The position numbers and the translations under genes are program-made. Under the pieces are notes generated by a model that saw nothing but the letters and a program-made list of their open reading frames with translations, ran no database searches and was not told the DNA's origin. Source: Rhodothermales bacterium (lineage in GTDB: Bacteria; Bacteroidota; Rhodothermia; Rhodothermales; UBA10348). Taken from it: a stretch of 59,079 nucleotides of DNA. Every line of letters begins with the position of its first letter. Position 1 is the first letter of the stretch. This document shows positions 57,975-59,079 of this stretch, one piece after another. The stretch spans positions 1 to 59,079 of the forward strand of contig JAURNP010000112.1 of assembly GCA_030830105.1 (NCBI GenBank), in the 5' to 3' direction.

Positions 57975-58328
57975 ATGCCTGTTCCAAAGCCGATAGTCTT
58001 GACCCGCGCTGACGAGATGTTGCTCGTATGCATTTTCGTGCTGGATGGTGATGCCTTCAGCACAACCATCCGTCAGGAAATGATATCCCGGGCCCGCAAG
58101 AAGATTTCCGTCGGGAGCCTGTGGGTCGCTCTGGACCAGTTGGCTGAGCGGGGTCTGTTAGAGAAGGAAAGCCGTAAGAATCCAGAGCGAAAGGGAGGGC
58201 GACCGCGAGTCTACTATTCGGTGACCTCCCTGGGGCGCAAGTCATTGAAGAAGACACGGGAGCTCGATGCCCGTCTCTGGCGCCGAGTTCAAGATCCGAT
58301 GGAAAACACCAAAAACATCAAGGAATGA
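57975..58328 (+). CDS. PadR family transcriptional regulator
   Basis: Winged-helix pattern ...SVGSLWVALDQLAERGLLEKE...GRPRVYYSVTSLGRKSL. 117 aa. Confidence 0.8.
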   Translation: MPVPKPIVLTRADEMLLVCIFVLDGDAFSTTIRQEMISRARKKISVGSLWVALDQLAERGLLEKESRKNPERKGGRPRVYYSVTSLGRKSLKKTRELDARLWRRVQDPMENTKNIKE

Positions 58329-58375
58329 CCCTTTTGGGTTGACCCGTTTCGAGAAGAGCCGTATGTTCGCCGCCC

Positions 58376-58477
58376 ATGTTATCAATCAAGACCACATCGC
58401 TAACACTGCGTCGCCGCGTCCGACGAGGCCGAACGGGGATTCGATCCGGGTACGGTGCACGTACGTCTGCCATGTAA
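58376..58477 (+). promoter_or_regulatory. candidate Arg-rich leader ORF upstream of argG
   Basis: ATG...TAA encodes MLSIKTTSLTLRRRVRRGRTGIRSGYGARTSAM. Codons 58409..58432 are cgt cgc cgc gtc cga cga ggc cga (6 Arg of 8). Confidence 0.4.
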
Positions 58478-58509
58478 CGTCGTCTTTTCAAGCGACTGAT
58501 TGAATGCCA

Positions 58510-58541
58510 GCGTCGACCCGTACGGGATCGGCGCTTTTTTT
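58510..58541 (+). terminator. intrinsic terminator (hairpin plus T7)
   Basis: GCGTCGACCC-gtac-GGGaTCGGCGC (10 bp including one G-U pair, one bulged A) followed by TTTTTTT at 58535..58541. Confidence 0.7.
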
Positions 58542-58618
58542 ATGGCCCAAGCTTTTACAAAATGAACGATTCGCGGCCGACAAAGACTTCGGCCCAAGTC
58601 ATCAACCTCCAACCCATC

Positions 58619-59079
58619 ATGTCCATCATCGTCGCCTTCAGTGGCGGACTCGATACATCCTTTTGTGTACCGTTCCTTCGGGAAACACATGGGTGCGATA
58701 TCCACACAGTAACCGTAGATACAGGCGGGATCAGCAAGCAGGAAGCCCGTGACATAGCCGCCCGTGCAGAGGAGCTCGGTGCAGCCAGTCATCACATGGT
58801 CGACGCCCGATCCGATATGTTTGAGCGATCGCTACAGTTCCTGATCAAGGGAAATGTGCTCCGCGGTGATCTGTATCCTCTGTGTGTTGGTCCTGATCGC
58901 GTCGTGCAAGCGGCATCCCTGGTGGATAAGGCTCGTGAGCTGGGAGTTACGACCGTGGCGCATGGCTCCACGGGCGCGGGTAACGACCAGATCCGGTTCG
59001 ATATTGCACTTTCGGTCCTGGGAGGAGACCTCGAGATTCTCACGCCCATCCGGGAAGGTAATTTGAGTCGTAAGTTCAC
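58619..59079 (+). CDS. argG: argininosuccinate synthase (3' end cut by window edge)
   Basis: Own translation, not in the ORF track: MSIIVAFSGGLDTSFCVPFL...VTTVAHGSTGAGNDQIRFDIALSVL... contains the AFSGGLDTS PP-loop and the AHG.TG.GNDQ.RF motif. An in-frame ATG also exists at 58562. This replaces the minus-strand ORFs 58400..58795 and 58792..59079. Confidence 0.9.
   Translation, partial: MSIIVAFSGGLDTSFCVPFLRETHGCDIHTVTVDTGGISKQEARDIAARAEELGAASHHMVDARSDMFERSLQFLIKGNVLRGDLYPLCVGPDRVVQAASLVDKARELGVTTVAHGSTGAGNDQIRFDIALSVLGGDLEILTPIREGNLSRKF

Noticed and set aside
58437-58447. tRNA T-loop-like string GGATTCGATCC in the padR-argG spacer. The spacers 7214..7431 and 41444..41591 were also scanned for tRNA or tmRNA.
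   Set aside because: No complementary 5-bp T-stem arms, acceptor stem or anticodon arm could be built on either strand. No RNase P, SRP or tmRNA signature strings were seen.
58400-59079. Minus-strand ORFs 58400..58795 and 58792..59079, and the plus-strand ORF 58267..58503.
   Set aside because: The plus-strand frame from 58619 encodes an unmistakable argininosuccinate synthase N-terminus. The listed ORFs have no family resemblance, and 58267..58503 overlaps padR.

Overview
Densely coding, GC-rich (high 50s percent by eye, not computed) chromosomal window. It looks like a Bacteroidota/Rhodothermota-type organism: a T9SS C-terminal sorting domain, a choice-of-anchor B protein, DUF2911/DUF4197/DUF2141 families, a TonB-dependent receptor and weak Shine-Dalgarno signals. 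Content is mostly housekeeping. It includes dnaA (minus strand, two DnaA-box-like 9-mers upstream, no dnaN beside it), uvrC, nth, tag, a lone mreB, bcp, asnB and kynU. It also holds an eight-gene ilvD-ilvB-ilvN-ilvC-leuB-leuA-leuC-leuD operon, padR and the 5' part of argG (missing from the ORF track because the window edge cuts it). The left half encodes exported and envelope proteins and small metabolic operons with overlapping stop/start codons. Examples are GT2-acyltransferase-DUF2141-PspB-like, MBL-membrane-GNAT, and a Pro/Hyp-peptide cluster (PepX, proline iminopeptidase, proline-racemase-family protein) interleaved with two PQQ-dependent dehydrogenases. I found no rRNA, tRNA, CRISPR array, transposase/integrase or recognisable defence genes, so I cannot support a novel protein system here. 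The most interesting signals are non-coding. (1) An Arg-codon-dense 33-codon leader ORF followed by the only hairpin+T7 terminator in the window, directly upstream of argG. (2) An ORF with a Leu/Val/Ile-rich tail plus three mutually exclusive complementary segments upstream of ilvD. (3) An 11-mer shared by both candidate leaders at the same relative position. (4) A 22-nt triplication of the leuD start region that creates uORFs. (5) An AT-rich convergent spacer carrying DnaA-box-like 9-mers. One VOC-family gene carries a homopolymer frameshift. Many ORF-track starts are N-terminally over-extended (the track uses GTG/TTG starts); I give trimmed starts where a signal peptide or overlap logic supports them.
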